In this document: positions 23,862 through 36,297 of the stretch, piece by piece
Position numbering within the stretch: position 1 is the stretch's first letter
Layout: each line of letters opens with the position of its first letter
Source of the DNA: Pecten maximus
Lineage: Eukaryota
DNA length: 64,000 nucleotides
NCBI RefSeq assembly: GCF_902652985.1
Contig: NC_047031.1
Coordinates: forward strand, 8,618,001-8,682,000
Direction: 5' to 3'
Position numbers and translations under genes: made by a program
The notes under the pieces: generated by a model
The model's input: only the letters and a program-made list of their open reading frames with translations
What the model was told of the DNA's origin: nothing
Database searches by the model: none

Positions 23862-26800
23862 TCAGTCCCGGTAATGACGTGGAATTCTGTCCCCAAGTCT
23901 CGCGAGAAGATCTCGTGCTCTGGCTTTGTCTTCTGAAATAAACACAAAAAGTACGTCGTAAGATGTACTCATGTTCACTAACACAAAGATCCAACTCGTT
24001 TTTTTGTTTGTTTGTTTTTTTTTTTCGTTTGTTTTTTTTTTTTTTTTATTATTAAACACATCTATATCAAGCACCATTCCATCAAGAAATCAATTTATTA
24101 TTCCAAATATTGATTCAGGGTCATATTTATAGAAAAATAATATTGAATTAAAATACACAAAATAAGTCATGAAATACATGTAAAATGAAAAAAAAAATCT
24201 GAACGTATATTTTCTCAAAACCATCAAAAACTTGTAGCCGATGCTAACAGTTTCTGTAGAGTTACTTTGTGGTAAGAACGAGTAGAGAACAACTTGTAAG
24301 TCACACAAATAATAAAATCTAAAAATAGCACATGATTATTTTGTGCATTGTAGGTAATACTCATGAGCTTATTGTTCTCCTGAAACATACATTTTCGCTA
24401 GTGTTGTTGATTTTTTTTTAAACTGAACAAATTGCATGTCAACAGCAAGGCTCATAATAAGCCATGATGCAAAATAAGAATTGAAGAAGTTAATTCAGTT
24501 AAATTGTATCAAAGTAGTGATTTTTAGCTTATAAGATATCACGGTATTTGCTATTTGGATGACCCTTAACATGATAATTCGAACTGTCATTCAACAATGA
24601 CGTCACAACGCTACGTTTTATTGATAAGATATCTATGAAATGTTAATCTAGAATTGTGAGTCACATATGTGTCTTTATTTTTGTATTTATTTTATTTTAT
24701 TTTTTTTATTTTTTTTTTTTTTTTGCATTAGGCAATAAAGCCTTTGAGCAGATACAAACCAATTACAATTTATGGTGGAAATTTGATGTACAATTGAGTA
24801 GTGATACTTAAATAAGTATAATAAGGAACAGTAATAATTCAGTTAGCATATAACAAACCAACAAAACCAATTTAGTAAGCGAAGGGTATTCGAACATTAC
24901 AAAAAAATCAGTTAAATAATCTTCCATTTTTTATTTCATTAGCTTTGTAAATATATATAGCCAAATTTTGAACAATACATACCTTGTTTTTCTAAGTCAT
25001 TCATAATCTCGTCAAGCGTAAGACCACTTTCAAGCGCCAATTCCACGTCTCCTAAAAGCTTGTCTTCTACGAGACGAAGTGCTGCAACGATAGATGGTGT
25101 ATACATTAAGCAGGTCAACGGAAATATCAAGTAATAGGCATTACGTAAAACATCCTTGATTGTAGAGTTTCGCAGCAACAAAATATAACCTGTCAATTAC
25201 TCTGAAGCTCTTGCGGCGACAACAAAAACGCGAGTGCTTGTGGGGAAGATTCACGTGATTTGAAATGGATCATTCCTAAACATAATGACATGGTTTCAAA
25301 TATTAATCCAATGATATCAGAACAAAACAAACACTTGCTTATATACGAAATTTATTATCATATTGCTCTGGACCGATTCAAAATATCATACCAGAGAAGT
25401 CGTTTAATATTGGCATCGTGGGACTTCAACAAAGCGTTAGAAAAGGTGAAAAACGTCAATCTACTTTTCCCCGTAACATTCTAAATCTTTCCTGTTTATG
25501 TTTCCCATCTTTAACCCCGGAACATTCCAAAATCTCCCTTTTAGGTTACCTACTTTCCCCCGGAACATTCCAAATCCCTCTTTTAGGTTACCTACTTTCC
25601 CCCGGAACATTCCAAATCCCTCTTTTAGGTTACCTACTTTCCCCCGGAACATTCCAAATCGTCCCTTTTAGGTTACCTACTTTCCCCCGGAACATTCCAA
25701 ATCCCCCTTTTAGGTTACCTACTTTCCCCCGGAACATTCCAAATCTTTCCTGTTTAGGTTACCTACTTTCCCCCGGAACATTCCAAATCGTCCCTTTTTA
25801 GGTTATACCTACCTTTCACCATGGAACATTCCAAACCTCCACTCTTAAGGTTACCTACCTTCCCCCCGGAACATTCCAAATCGCCCCTCCTTCGGTTGGC
25901 GGTAGCCTTCGTCGTTATCTGAGTTTAAAACATAGAGTCAACATCACTTACCATTTTCAATTACAAAAAAAAAATATAATTAAAAGGATTATAGAGTGTC
26001 AAACACAAATAATGTAATACATGTACTCGATAAATACAAGCGCACTTATATATAAATCTGCTGCGTCCTTCTAGGACTCGTCAGTGATGTTAGAGACACC
26101 ACAAAGCTAATTCGTCCTTCTAGGACTCGTCAGTGATGTTAGAGACACCACAAAGCTAATTCGTCCTTCTAGGACTCGTCAGTGATGTAACGAGATTATA
26201 CAGCTGTTCCGTCCTTCTAGGATTCGCCAGTGATGTGAGCGGACATCATACAGCTGTTATGTCCTTCTAGGACTCGTCAGTGATGGCAGGGACACCATAC
26301 ATCTGTATCACCCTTCCAGGACTCGTCGGTGATACTGGAGGCCTAACATTTTGACATCCAATTCTAGCGGAGTCGGTCAAAGAGAAAAGTGCCTCAATAT
26401 ATCTAGAAGGGAACTGGGTTGCAATATCCCTAAAATTTATTAAATTCCCTATTTGGATATTAGACGAATGTTAAAGATATCAAAAATGCGCGTTCTCCTG
26501 AACAGGTGCTACAATTTGTATTAGTCCACGCAATATTAAATAAGTAGCCCTATGTTCCAAAATTAAATACATGTACAAGCGAAGAAAGCAACCCCGTTGA
26601 TACCAATATGTCCATGTACGTATGAATAAAATATCTTACACACGTATAACAGCACGTCTACCTTGAAACTCGGTTAACTCGAAGACTCGGATAACTATAA
26701 GGTTTTTTTCACGATCCCGATGACTACGAGTTAACGAGGTTTGAATTTATATGTTGAATTGATGGTCCAATCTAATCAAAATTAGACTTGTAATTTCGCT

Positions 26801-29800
26801 CCTCTACGATACACTGCAATACAATATCTAACGACACCCTGTAGGAGGTCTTTTCAGAATGACCTCTGAGCCCAGTCAATACTTTCAAAAAGTCATTATT
26901 ATAAATAGAGATGAAGAATTTTCAAATTGAAATTCTTGTGCGCTAGGATACTTTTTGTACACCTACCGTACTTCTGTAAAACGGAATAAAATAAAATTAT
27001 CGACAGCTTCCCCGTAATTATTGACCAACACTTACCTTCTGAAGTAACGTCAGCTGAGTTGGCTGCTGTGAGAAGTTTTGCTAGTTTGATGACGTCAGAA
27101 TCCTTTGTAGAATGTTTGGGCTTTTCATTGGACGGATCTGGTAGAGGCTCGTCCCGAAACGTACCCATGTCAACTAAATACGAGAAATGTTTTACATTAT
27201 TTTATGTCACAAACTGTCTTATATGAACCCGAATTAAAGACAAAGGAGAATATCTTGGCGACTTTAAGGATTTCTTTTTTTTTCATGGTAGCTTTTTTTA
27301 TTTAGGTTTCGCAAAAAACCGTATGCAATGCTAATTTTATTTATAAAAGCTATTAGTGGCACTCATATTATCTATGCAAAATTCGTCTTAAAATCAAAGA
27401 CAACTATTAGATATGATCCGATTTACCGCAACTCTCATTGGCTAAATATGGTTACGTCAGATTTTTTTTAGATATTTACCTGGGTATCAATTCAGAAAGC
27501 TTGGTAACTTACGAATTTTCGTAAATATTTACGAAAGTGTTATGCAAAACATACGAAGTTCGTAGGTCCGTTTCACAAGGGTGTTCGTATCTAAAGTCAA
27601 TATCGTACGTTCTCCCGGTAAAAATAAACCACTCTCTAACTTGGAGGTAAAAAACGACGACACTTTTTAGGTGAAAACTGTTCGCCGCTCAAAAGGCATA
27701 GTAGCTCTCTTATGCTAATTTGTAATTGAGTACGACGTCGTTTTTGTTCAAAAGGGCATGCTTGCGTACGATTTTAAATTATTTTCTTATGTTACGACAG
27801 GATGGATATGGCGTAAAGTTACGCAAGATTTTTGTGAAACGCTTTATAATTCGCAAATAGTATCTGACTTACGCAAAATACGTAAGTTATATGATGCTTT
27901 GTGAAACGATGCCCTGATACTTCTATTTTGTTACAGTTAATATTGTGTTACTGACGTCATAACTATTATGACGTCACAATTTAAAATATTTCGATCAACC
28001 GACATTGTTTTCAATCAGGTTAGTATGACACCTATGACGTAATACATAAAATGTATGATTCTGTTAAGGTGTTTATTCTGCATTTTAAACTCGGGATATG
28101 ATTAAATCATTGGATAATCTCGGTATTTTCCGGTAATATTAGATGTTGTAACCTTGGATGTATAAAAGTTATAAGACATCTCAACACTAACCATTATGAG
28201 TCTCCGTTGTGCGTTGGACGTTCTGGTGTAGCTGTTGGTCCGTCAGTGTCTGTAGGGCCAGCATTAAGGCCTGAAATCAGACGACATTATAGCTTTATGT
28301 CTAATAAAATAAAATTAGTTTGAAGGAATGACTCTATCAAAGAGAATGTATTTACATTTGGCGCCGCAGTCTCCAACTGCCTCAATGCTAATCTTGGCTG
28401 TATCTATATGAGTTGGTAGAAGCAGTCAAGGTCATATTGAGTGATTGTTACGCCATTTTGATCAACGTCATGAAAATGCTTCGCTATGCGGTATGAATGA
28501 ATCAAACGCAGCGAAGATAATGATTTAGAACCATTGTTTAATTACTAATACGTCATTTGGCACTACATTGTATGTTGATACTCGTCATGGCAAGGCTTTA
28601 TACTGTGTCATATTGTTTGCAAATCAAACACAGGAAGGAATTCGGGTTTTTTTTTCGTATCCCTAGTCATTTTATATAACTTGCATGCTGTGATATTACC
28701 CTTATTTTTGTTACATAAAGTTTTTCTCTGTATTTTACTTATGTTTAGTCGTAGTAATAGCTATACAGAGCTAATGTTCTTTGTTTTAACATATACGACT
28801 TTAAATAAATCTCCTTGTAGCTTGTATCTAAAGATGTTTATCTTGTTCATATATGCAACCTTGTATCCGAGCTGGGACTCAAGCCATCCTCCTTATAATC
28901 ACTAACCACTATCCCCACTACTAGACCTCGTCGTCTTTACTTACATCTCCCATATCTTCATATAACATGTGGAAACCGATGACGTCATCGGATTACCAAT
29001 AACAATGAAATATTTAACTAAAAGTATTGTTATCTTACCTCAAGGGTTTTTCCCTGTAATCCAGCCAGCCCTGCTGTCATTGTGGAATCTCCCGATATTT
29101 TCAAGTCTCTCTGTGACTTTTGATCTTTGTCACGTGACATATTTGATTCTGACGCCATTTTTGATTCTGTAGATTTTGACTCAGCTCTTAACTGTCCATT
29201 TTTGTTGCTAGAAATATCTGTCAACTTAGATATGATAACATTCTGTTAATATTGTTGAGAGATTGCAATTGTAATGAAAAAAGTAGATATCAATTATAAA
29301 CAAAAACAAAAACAAAACAAAAACAAAAACAAAAAAAAAAGCAAACAAAAACTACCGAACAAATTTAAGTTTAGATGCAAGGACATCCACTGTTTAATTT
29401 ATAGATATGTAGATATATAAAAAGTAAATGGTATTTTAATGAGTTTATCTTTTTCTTTTCTTTTTAACATGGTTTAAAGGTGTTATTTTCAGGCAAAGTG
29501 TGTTTATTTCGAAAAAGAATATGAGACGATTTTAAAAGATGATATTGACTTACCAATGAGCGAAGTTTTGAAAGCTGAAAAAAAAATTACATAAATAATA
29601 CATCTATCATTTGTATTTTATCTGAAAATAATATTAGTGTCATCAGAGATCTTTTATTGTATACAGTCATATTCCGTCAACCATTATATTGGGAAATAAA
29701 ATTTGAAATAAAAAAAGTGCAGGAGAGTAAATTTCATTCTGTTCATAAATCTATGAAATTATATTTCGTTTCTAATTCGAGCAAATCATATCCAATGTTG

Positions 29801-32769
29801 TAAGAGGGGTGGGTTCAATAGGGGAAATAGAGGCAGGTCTTTTAAATCTTTAATATTCCTGAATGTCTGGAGGAATTATAATACAATTTTGTCTAGTGCA
29901 CTATCTGGAGATTATTTCCAGGTGTTGTCTATTCTTCTACACATTAATGATATTTTCATTCATTTAAATGCTTACCTTTGACTCTAGACTCTGTATCTGT
30001 GAAATAAAAATACGTATAGGAATATATCAGCATCTTTTCTATTGTTTAACACAAACAGATTCAAATATAATATATATAATGTATTTGGAAAATGAACCGG
30101 AAACACTCTCTATGTCGTTATGATACCGTATTACATCAAAAAATTGTGTGTACTTGCTTTCGTGGTTTAGATATTTAAAACTATTTCGTGAGTAAAGACT
30201 TTTGTGGTTAGCCCATACAACAGTCATATCACGATAATACATACCATAAAATTCCTTGTATTTATGTATTTGGTTCATTTTATTCTCATTGAATGTTTTA
30301 TACTTCACGGTACTATTTTAAAGACGACTAAACAATGTGGTTACCTCATACAAAAGAATACAATACATAGTTATTTTATCAAATCCAGTTGTACATGTAC
30401 TTAAGAAAAGCTCGTTATTGACAAACTTTTTTTTTTTTTTTTTCGGAATATGATTTCACTTTTCTCTGGCGGAAGTGTTCAAATACGTGATGCGCTAATG
30501 GAACAAACTTTTATTTAATGGTATTGTTTTAATCCCTCAAAAAATGTTTGTGTGATTATTGTATTATCAAACGATTTTTTTATCCCTAAGGATACGTATA
30601 GTCATTAATATACCTTCAAAAAGTGGAAATCCATCAACCAGTCAGTACAACAACCACATATGTTACTGTTTTATGGATTCGCCAATAATTTAGACCGATA
30701 TCAAATAATTATTTAATTAACATTAAAAGATAAGAGCACGTGATTCTTATTAATATTTTAATGTAAATTTCATTCAAACGAATGTTGATTAAATGGGATA
30801 TGAAACACTCATAAAATGCTACCTCCCGAGAAAAAGATTTCCAATCGAATGTCAGACCTACGTTTAAATACAGTTCCTAAGAGTTATCCCCCTTTAGTGC
30901 TGAACTGCGATACAAGGAAAACAAAATTATTTTTCTGTTGTTTTTTGTTTGTTTTGTTTTTTAATATTCAAACTTCCATAATTTGGTAAAATAAAAATGT
31001 TGTATTTCTAGGTAATGTTTCTCGGCTAAAACAGGATTCTCTCTGTAAACACTTAACATTTACAGAGGATCGTGGCATTTTTTCATCCTTACTTAGAAAC
31101 AGTTGCATTTTTGAAAAAAATGCATATTTTTTCCAATATGCCTATATATGCGGAGAATTAGCATTGAAAGGCATAGCAAATTTTGCTACACAGGAAATGA
31201 TGGCGCAAAGATCACTTATGTCAATTGTTAAGACAATCGGTTCATTATTTTACTTATGTCATTGTTTAAGACAATCGGTTAATTATTTTTTAACCGTGTC
31301 GTATCCCCTTAATTAACTTACCTTGTTTGATGAAGATGACCCTGCTCCTGAAAAAGTCAATTACAAAATATTTTACTATAACAAATATTTACAATAAACA
31401 GAGCTGAAATACTTGAAATCGCAATTTCGTTGTCCTTAGGCGTCGGCAAAATCGATTGTCTTTCAGAGATAATAGTTAGGACGACATTAACACGACAGTC
31501 TATTACATATAATGTTCTATTGTACAACCCTTATTACAGCCCAGTATATAAATTTATTCAATTATTTATTTATCTATCTATTTTTTTTTATTTTATTTAT
31601 TTATCTATTAACTTTATTTGATTATCTATTTTATCCATTTATGTTATATATCTATTCATCTCCTTTATCTATCTATTTATTTATTTATCTTATTTCATTA
31701 ATTTATTTATTCATTTTTATTATTATTTCTTCATTTTATTTATTTATCTTTGTATTCATTTATTACCGTTACTTGCTACATGTTACACAGTTTATTACAT
31801 AATACAAGTTCATATGATAAACTTTTAAGTTTCCACTTTGTATCTATTGGCGGAAGTGATCGAATGAGAATTCATTAAATGTTAATTTGACTAAATTTTT
31901 ATCTAAATTTTTGATAGAAAGGACCTTGTTATACTGGACTGCCATCTTGTTTGCCATCTCAGATGCGACCATCACCAGTATATAATTGGTATATTGATAT
32001 ACATGTTTGACTACATATACCTGTATAGCACTACAATGACAGAATGTTGCATCATAAAATGTCACACGAAGATACCAATTTACATAAACATTTTTCACAA
32101 AAAATACAACGCATAAACCTGATACATGTACATTTGTATATACACTTATATTTCTTATCCTCCCAACCCCCATCCTAGATCGTGGTCACAAAATAAACGC
32201 ACACTCATTATACAAACACACACGTATACAAGCCCCACCCCCTAATCTCGCCCTACCCATTCATGCTAATCAACGCAAGTCTTATCTTTAATCTACAACT
32301 TTTTATCGCGATTTAGGATTTGTTAGTATTGTTTTATCATCATTCTTTGCATGAAAAATTATACAAAAAAATGTACAATATGACAATATATTGTGACGTC
32401 ATAAACACTTAAGTCTTTGTAGCATAAACAGTCATTCCACCAGTCTTCTCTATTTACATGCCTAAAAGCATTTTAGCGGATTTGGTAGTGCGAGTTCTAT
32501 GATAAATAGAATCTTACAATGGTGTTATCATACTATGAATTGTATAAAACGTGATTATGGATTCCAGAAGAACATTCAAGTCACGTAAACTCTCGCGTTG
32601 TGTCGTCTTTCTACATATACCCATTTGTAGCCCCTTCCTCTGAATGTGTCTCTTCCTCTGTAAACTTTTCAAACTTGTCACACTTACCTGTATTAACTGC
32701 CGGAGCTGATGCGCCAAAGCCGGCCATACAGACCACCGATAACAACAAGCACACAAATCGGACATCCAT
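23862..32769 (-). CDS. Uncharacterised secreted protein (about 235 aa, no Cys after the signal peptide); about 9 exons including microexons
   Basis: Exons: 32769-32688 (MDVRFVCLLLSVVCMAGFGASAPAVNT), 31347-31322, 29996-29976, 29574-29554, 29217-29039, 28270-28192 (ALMLALQTLTDQQLHQNVQRTTETHN), 27173-27036, 25081-24983, 23932-23862 (EDKARARDLLARLGDRIPRHYRD*). All have polypyrimidine-AG acceptors and GT donors. Phases agree except a 1-nt discrepancy at the 26-nt exon. Confidence 0.8.
25460..25890. repeat. 42-44-bp minisatellite (GGAACATTCCAAATCCCTCTTTTAGGTTACCTACTTTCCCCC), about 10 copies
   Basis: Direct inspection; intronic. Confidence 0.95.
26064..26340. repeat. 48-49-bp tandem repeat (CGTCCTTCTAGGACTCGTCAGTGATG...), 6 copies
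   Basis: Direct inspection; divergence increases rightwards. Confidence 0.92.
26662..26750. mobile_element. Tc1/mariner (Tigger-like) MITE remnant
   Basis: Imperfect TIRs AAACTCGGTTAACTCG and CGAGTTAACGAGGTTT. Confidence 0.55.
27480..27916. mobile_element. MITE with degenerate TIRs (Harbinger-like)
   Basis: Left end GGGTATCAATTCAGAAAGC..TAACTTACG versus reverse complement of right end GGGCATCGTTTCACAAAGC..TAACTTACG. Confidence 0.65.
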
Positions 32770-33919
32770 CTTCAAAATTACTTAGATTTTAGTACAAGTC
32801 AGAATCCGTAGTTTGGGTACGTTGTAATAATCCCTTGTAGTTTAATGACAGCAGGTTTTATTCCCCATTAAACGGAAGTTGTAAAATATCTCCTGTTTTC
32901 TTGTGAAGTAGTTTTATCACCGGGTAAATATTTCTCGTTGAATGTTTGCTGTTTTAACCCCAAAACGAGTCATAAACCAGAACACGTGAGTCACTCGAGG
33001 GACAGGCTACACTCGGTTATCACAGATAGCTTGAAATAAATCCCAGGTAGGTGATGCAGTGGTATAAATACTAAAAATCCAAAACTGCGTCGGCGCTGAG
33101 AAGTTTGTTTACACTGTAGTAAGGTCAAAGTTCATCATTAGGTGTGTCAACAGAAAATAGACAGATCGTCAAGATTTGAGGAAATGCCACAGGTAGCTAG
33201 GGAATGAAGAATCAAAGGTGGAAATCCATTCATAAATCCAAAACCTTCCTCGCCCATTAGAGACATTAAATTTTACAATAATGTATGACGTCACAGGACT
33301 TCCGGGTAATCTTCAAATTTGAAATCGATGTGAGAAGTTTGATAAGGAAGTGGTCGTGACGCGGTATATGACTGTCGTGTGTATATTCAGATAAGGCGGT
33401 ACTTATTCCTCCGGATCCTTTAATAGTGGACTTGTGGGGATCTATTTATAACCTTTGATATTTGTCCTGGTATCAGAATATAAACGTATCCGAGGGGTTG
33501 GTATATACATGTACAATTTGTATGTAGATATCGCTTTGAAATATTGGGCGATTCCTTTAGCACAGCCTCGTAACGCCAGACTTTTATAGTACAATGTATA
33601 GTGTTATGAAGACTGCGAGGGTTTCACCTTTAATTTACGGTTGATGAATATACCCAATAATCGTCTCCGTAAACTAACTGTTCTATATATAGGTCAGGGC
33701 TATTAAATACCAGTTTTTAATGCTTTAAATTTCTTGGGTTCAATTAATAAAAATAATGAAGAATTTAAGATTATACTTCTCCATAAAATAACATATCACT
33801 AATTCTAATATTCTCTTCGGGAGATCAGAATCATTCGGAAGTCGGTATTTACTTGTACATAATCCTCAGCTCCATATTCACATAAATAAATATAATGGAG
33901 CTATAGAAAATACATTAAC

Positions 33920-34420
33920 AAATTGAACGGATAATAAACGATTGAACAGAAACTATAACAAGATAAATAACCAAATGAAAAAGGACCCGTAACTAAATAT
34001 AAACGGATAATAAAGTAACCATCACCGAAAAATTACCGGTTACAAATGGATAAAAGACCATATTTTGAACGGATAAATAACCAGTCGTCATATATAAATA
34101 AACAACAATTCATAAACGAATAAGCTTCAATCATGGACGGATAAACATCCAATTATCAACAGGTAGACATCCAATTATAAACGGATAAACATCCAATTGT
34201 AAACGGGTAAGCATTAATCACAAACAGATAAACATTAGTCATAAACGAAAAATCCAATTGAAAACGGATAAACCTCCAATTATAAACGGATAAATAACAG
34301 ATTAGAAACGAAAAAATAACAGATATAAGCGAATAAACATCAATGATTTGCGGATAAATAACCAATTATAAATGGAAAAACAACAATTATAAACAGATAA
34401 GCAAACAATATTGAAAAGGT
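33920..34420. repeat. Degenerate ~22-bp tandem repeat (ATAAACGGATAAACATCCAATT)
   Basis: Direct inspection. Confidence 0.8.
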
Positions 34421-34859
34421 AAATCACGAATTGATCAGCGACAGTTTATAAAAAAAAACATACCAACAGAGTAAAGTAAGATAACAACCAAATATCAATA
34501 AATATATATTGTAAATGAATAAATGTGTTCCAGCTGAAAGATTAAGTTAAATAATTACAGTGTAATTGCAGTATGCTTTTTCCTGTTAATGTCAAAAGTT
34601 GGCAAGAAATGTCTTAAATGAATTTTAAATTGAATTATATCGTATGTCCCTCCCTAGACCCCTCGCCTATCACAGGAGAATATTTATCGTCACAACCAAG
34701 GAATGTCTAAATTTAATCCATATTTACGTGGACCGAGATAGCGTCCCCTCGTAAATTGGGGAAGAAGGACGGTAACACGGGTACAAGGTACACCTGTTTA
34801 TACTTCAAGTGTAAAGTCTCGGCTACCCTAAAAGATGTCGATATTAGCGGGATAAACAC

Positions 34860-35452
34860 GCTTTGTCATAATGAATTGCGTCTTAGTTAAAGTTACATAT
34901 TGCCTTAAATATAGTTTGTACACGAGTTAAAGATACAAAGTAGGTTACACGTGATTTGTGCACGAGTTAAGGTTATTTCCATTATAATTATACCACTGAT
35001 TTGTGTTAGAGTTAAGGGTACATGTATATGCTACCTTACACATTATACCTGTGATTTGTCTTAGAGTTAAGGGTATATACTACCTTACACATTATACATG
35101 TGATTTGTGTTAGAGTTAAGGTTATATGCTACCTTACACATTATACCCGTGATTTGTGTTAGAGTTAAGGTTATATGCTACCTTAAGCATTATACCGGTG
35201 ATTATATGCTGCCTTACACATTATACCTGTGATTTTTAGAGTAAAGGTTATATGCTACCTTACACATAATACCCGTGGTTTGTGTTAGAGTTAAGGGTAT
35301 ACGCTACCTTACACACTATACCTGTGGTTTGTTTTAGAGTTAAGGTTAGATGCTACCTTACGCATAATACCCGTGGTTTGTGTTAGAGTTAAGGGTATAT
35401 GCTACCTTTCACATAATAACTGTTATTTGTGTTAGAGTTGAGGTTGTATGTT
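34860..35452. repeat. ~49-bp tandem repeat (TGATTTGTGTTAGAGTTAAGGTTATATGCTACCTTACACATTATACCCG)
   Basis: About 10 copies. Confidence 0.92.
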
Positions 35453-35959
35453 TCAATACACTTTTCTATAATTTATTTTTAGGTATGCCGCGCGAATATC
35501 TATAACATCTAAAGTTCTGTACAAACACACCCTGTATGGTTGTGTCACTAATGCATACAGCATATCTATGTTACATGTATTAGTGGCTAACACACAGTAA
35601 TACAAGGACTGGGAATCGTTCACTGTGTCTATCATTACCATTATGGTAAGTGTTATCATATCTTAAACATTGTGTACCCATAATCATTCACCTGTTCCAT
35701 GGCAGTGGGGCGTGGCGCGATAATATTGCACCTGCCCTGGTCTGATACGGACATGTCACGAATCCCAAACACCTGTTCCCAGGACAGAGGAGGGACACTG
35801 TCATATCTTTCTGCAACTGATTGGTTGGCTGAATACTTCTCCTTCGCGACTCCGCCTTTTGCAAAGTTTGCTTCTTGGATTTTGAGTTTGGGTGCTCAAC
35901 CGCATTAGAATGTGCGCAACGGAGAAGGTGCATGATGAAATTTTGAAGGGAGCGGTGAA

Positions 35960-36215
35960 AGGGAGAAGAGGGGCGTGTTATAAGCGAGAAGGGAATGTGG
36001 TTTGCTGGAGAAAGGATGTGGTATTTCCGAGAAAGGGTTTGGTAGAACGGAAAGGGGCGTGGTAAAACGGAAAAGGATGTGATATAACGGAGTAAGGGGC
36101 GTGGTAAAACGGAGAAAAGGGTGTGATTAAAAAGAGAAGGGCGTGACGTAAACGGAAATGGGGCGTGACTAAACAGAGGATGGCGTGACGTAAACGGAAA
36201 AGGGGCGTGACTCAA
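35960..36215. repeat. G-rich ~21-bp tandem repeat (AAACGGAAAGGGGCGTG..)
   Basis: About 12 diverged copies ending about 85 nt before the ATG at 36298. Confidence 0.8.
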
Positions 36216-36297
36216 CAGCGTAGAACCGTTTACGTACCTAGTAAACATGTATGTAAACTTACTCTTGTTGATGTTGCAGTCTGTTAGACCTCACATC

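Noticed and set aside
25418-25801. 127-aa ORF with LLGYLLSPGTFQIP repeats
   Set aside because: Read-through of the 42-bp minisatellite, antisense within an intron.
35688-36248. 186-aa minus-strand ORF
   Set aside because: Largely antisense translation of the G-rich 21-bp array.
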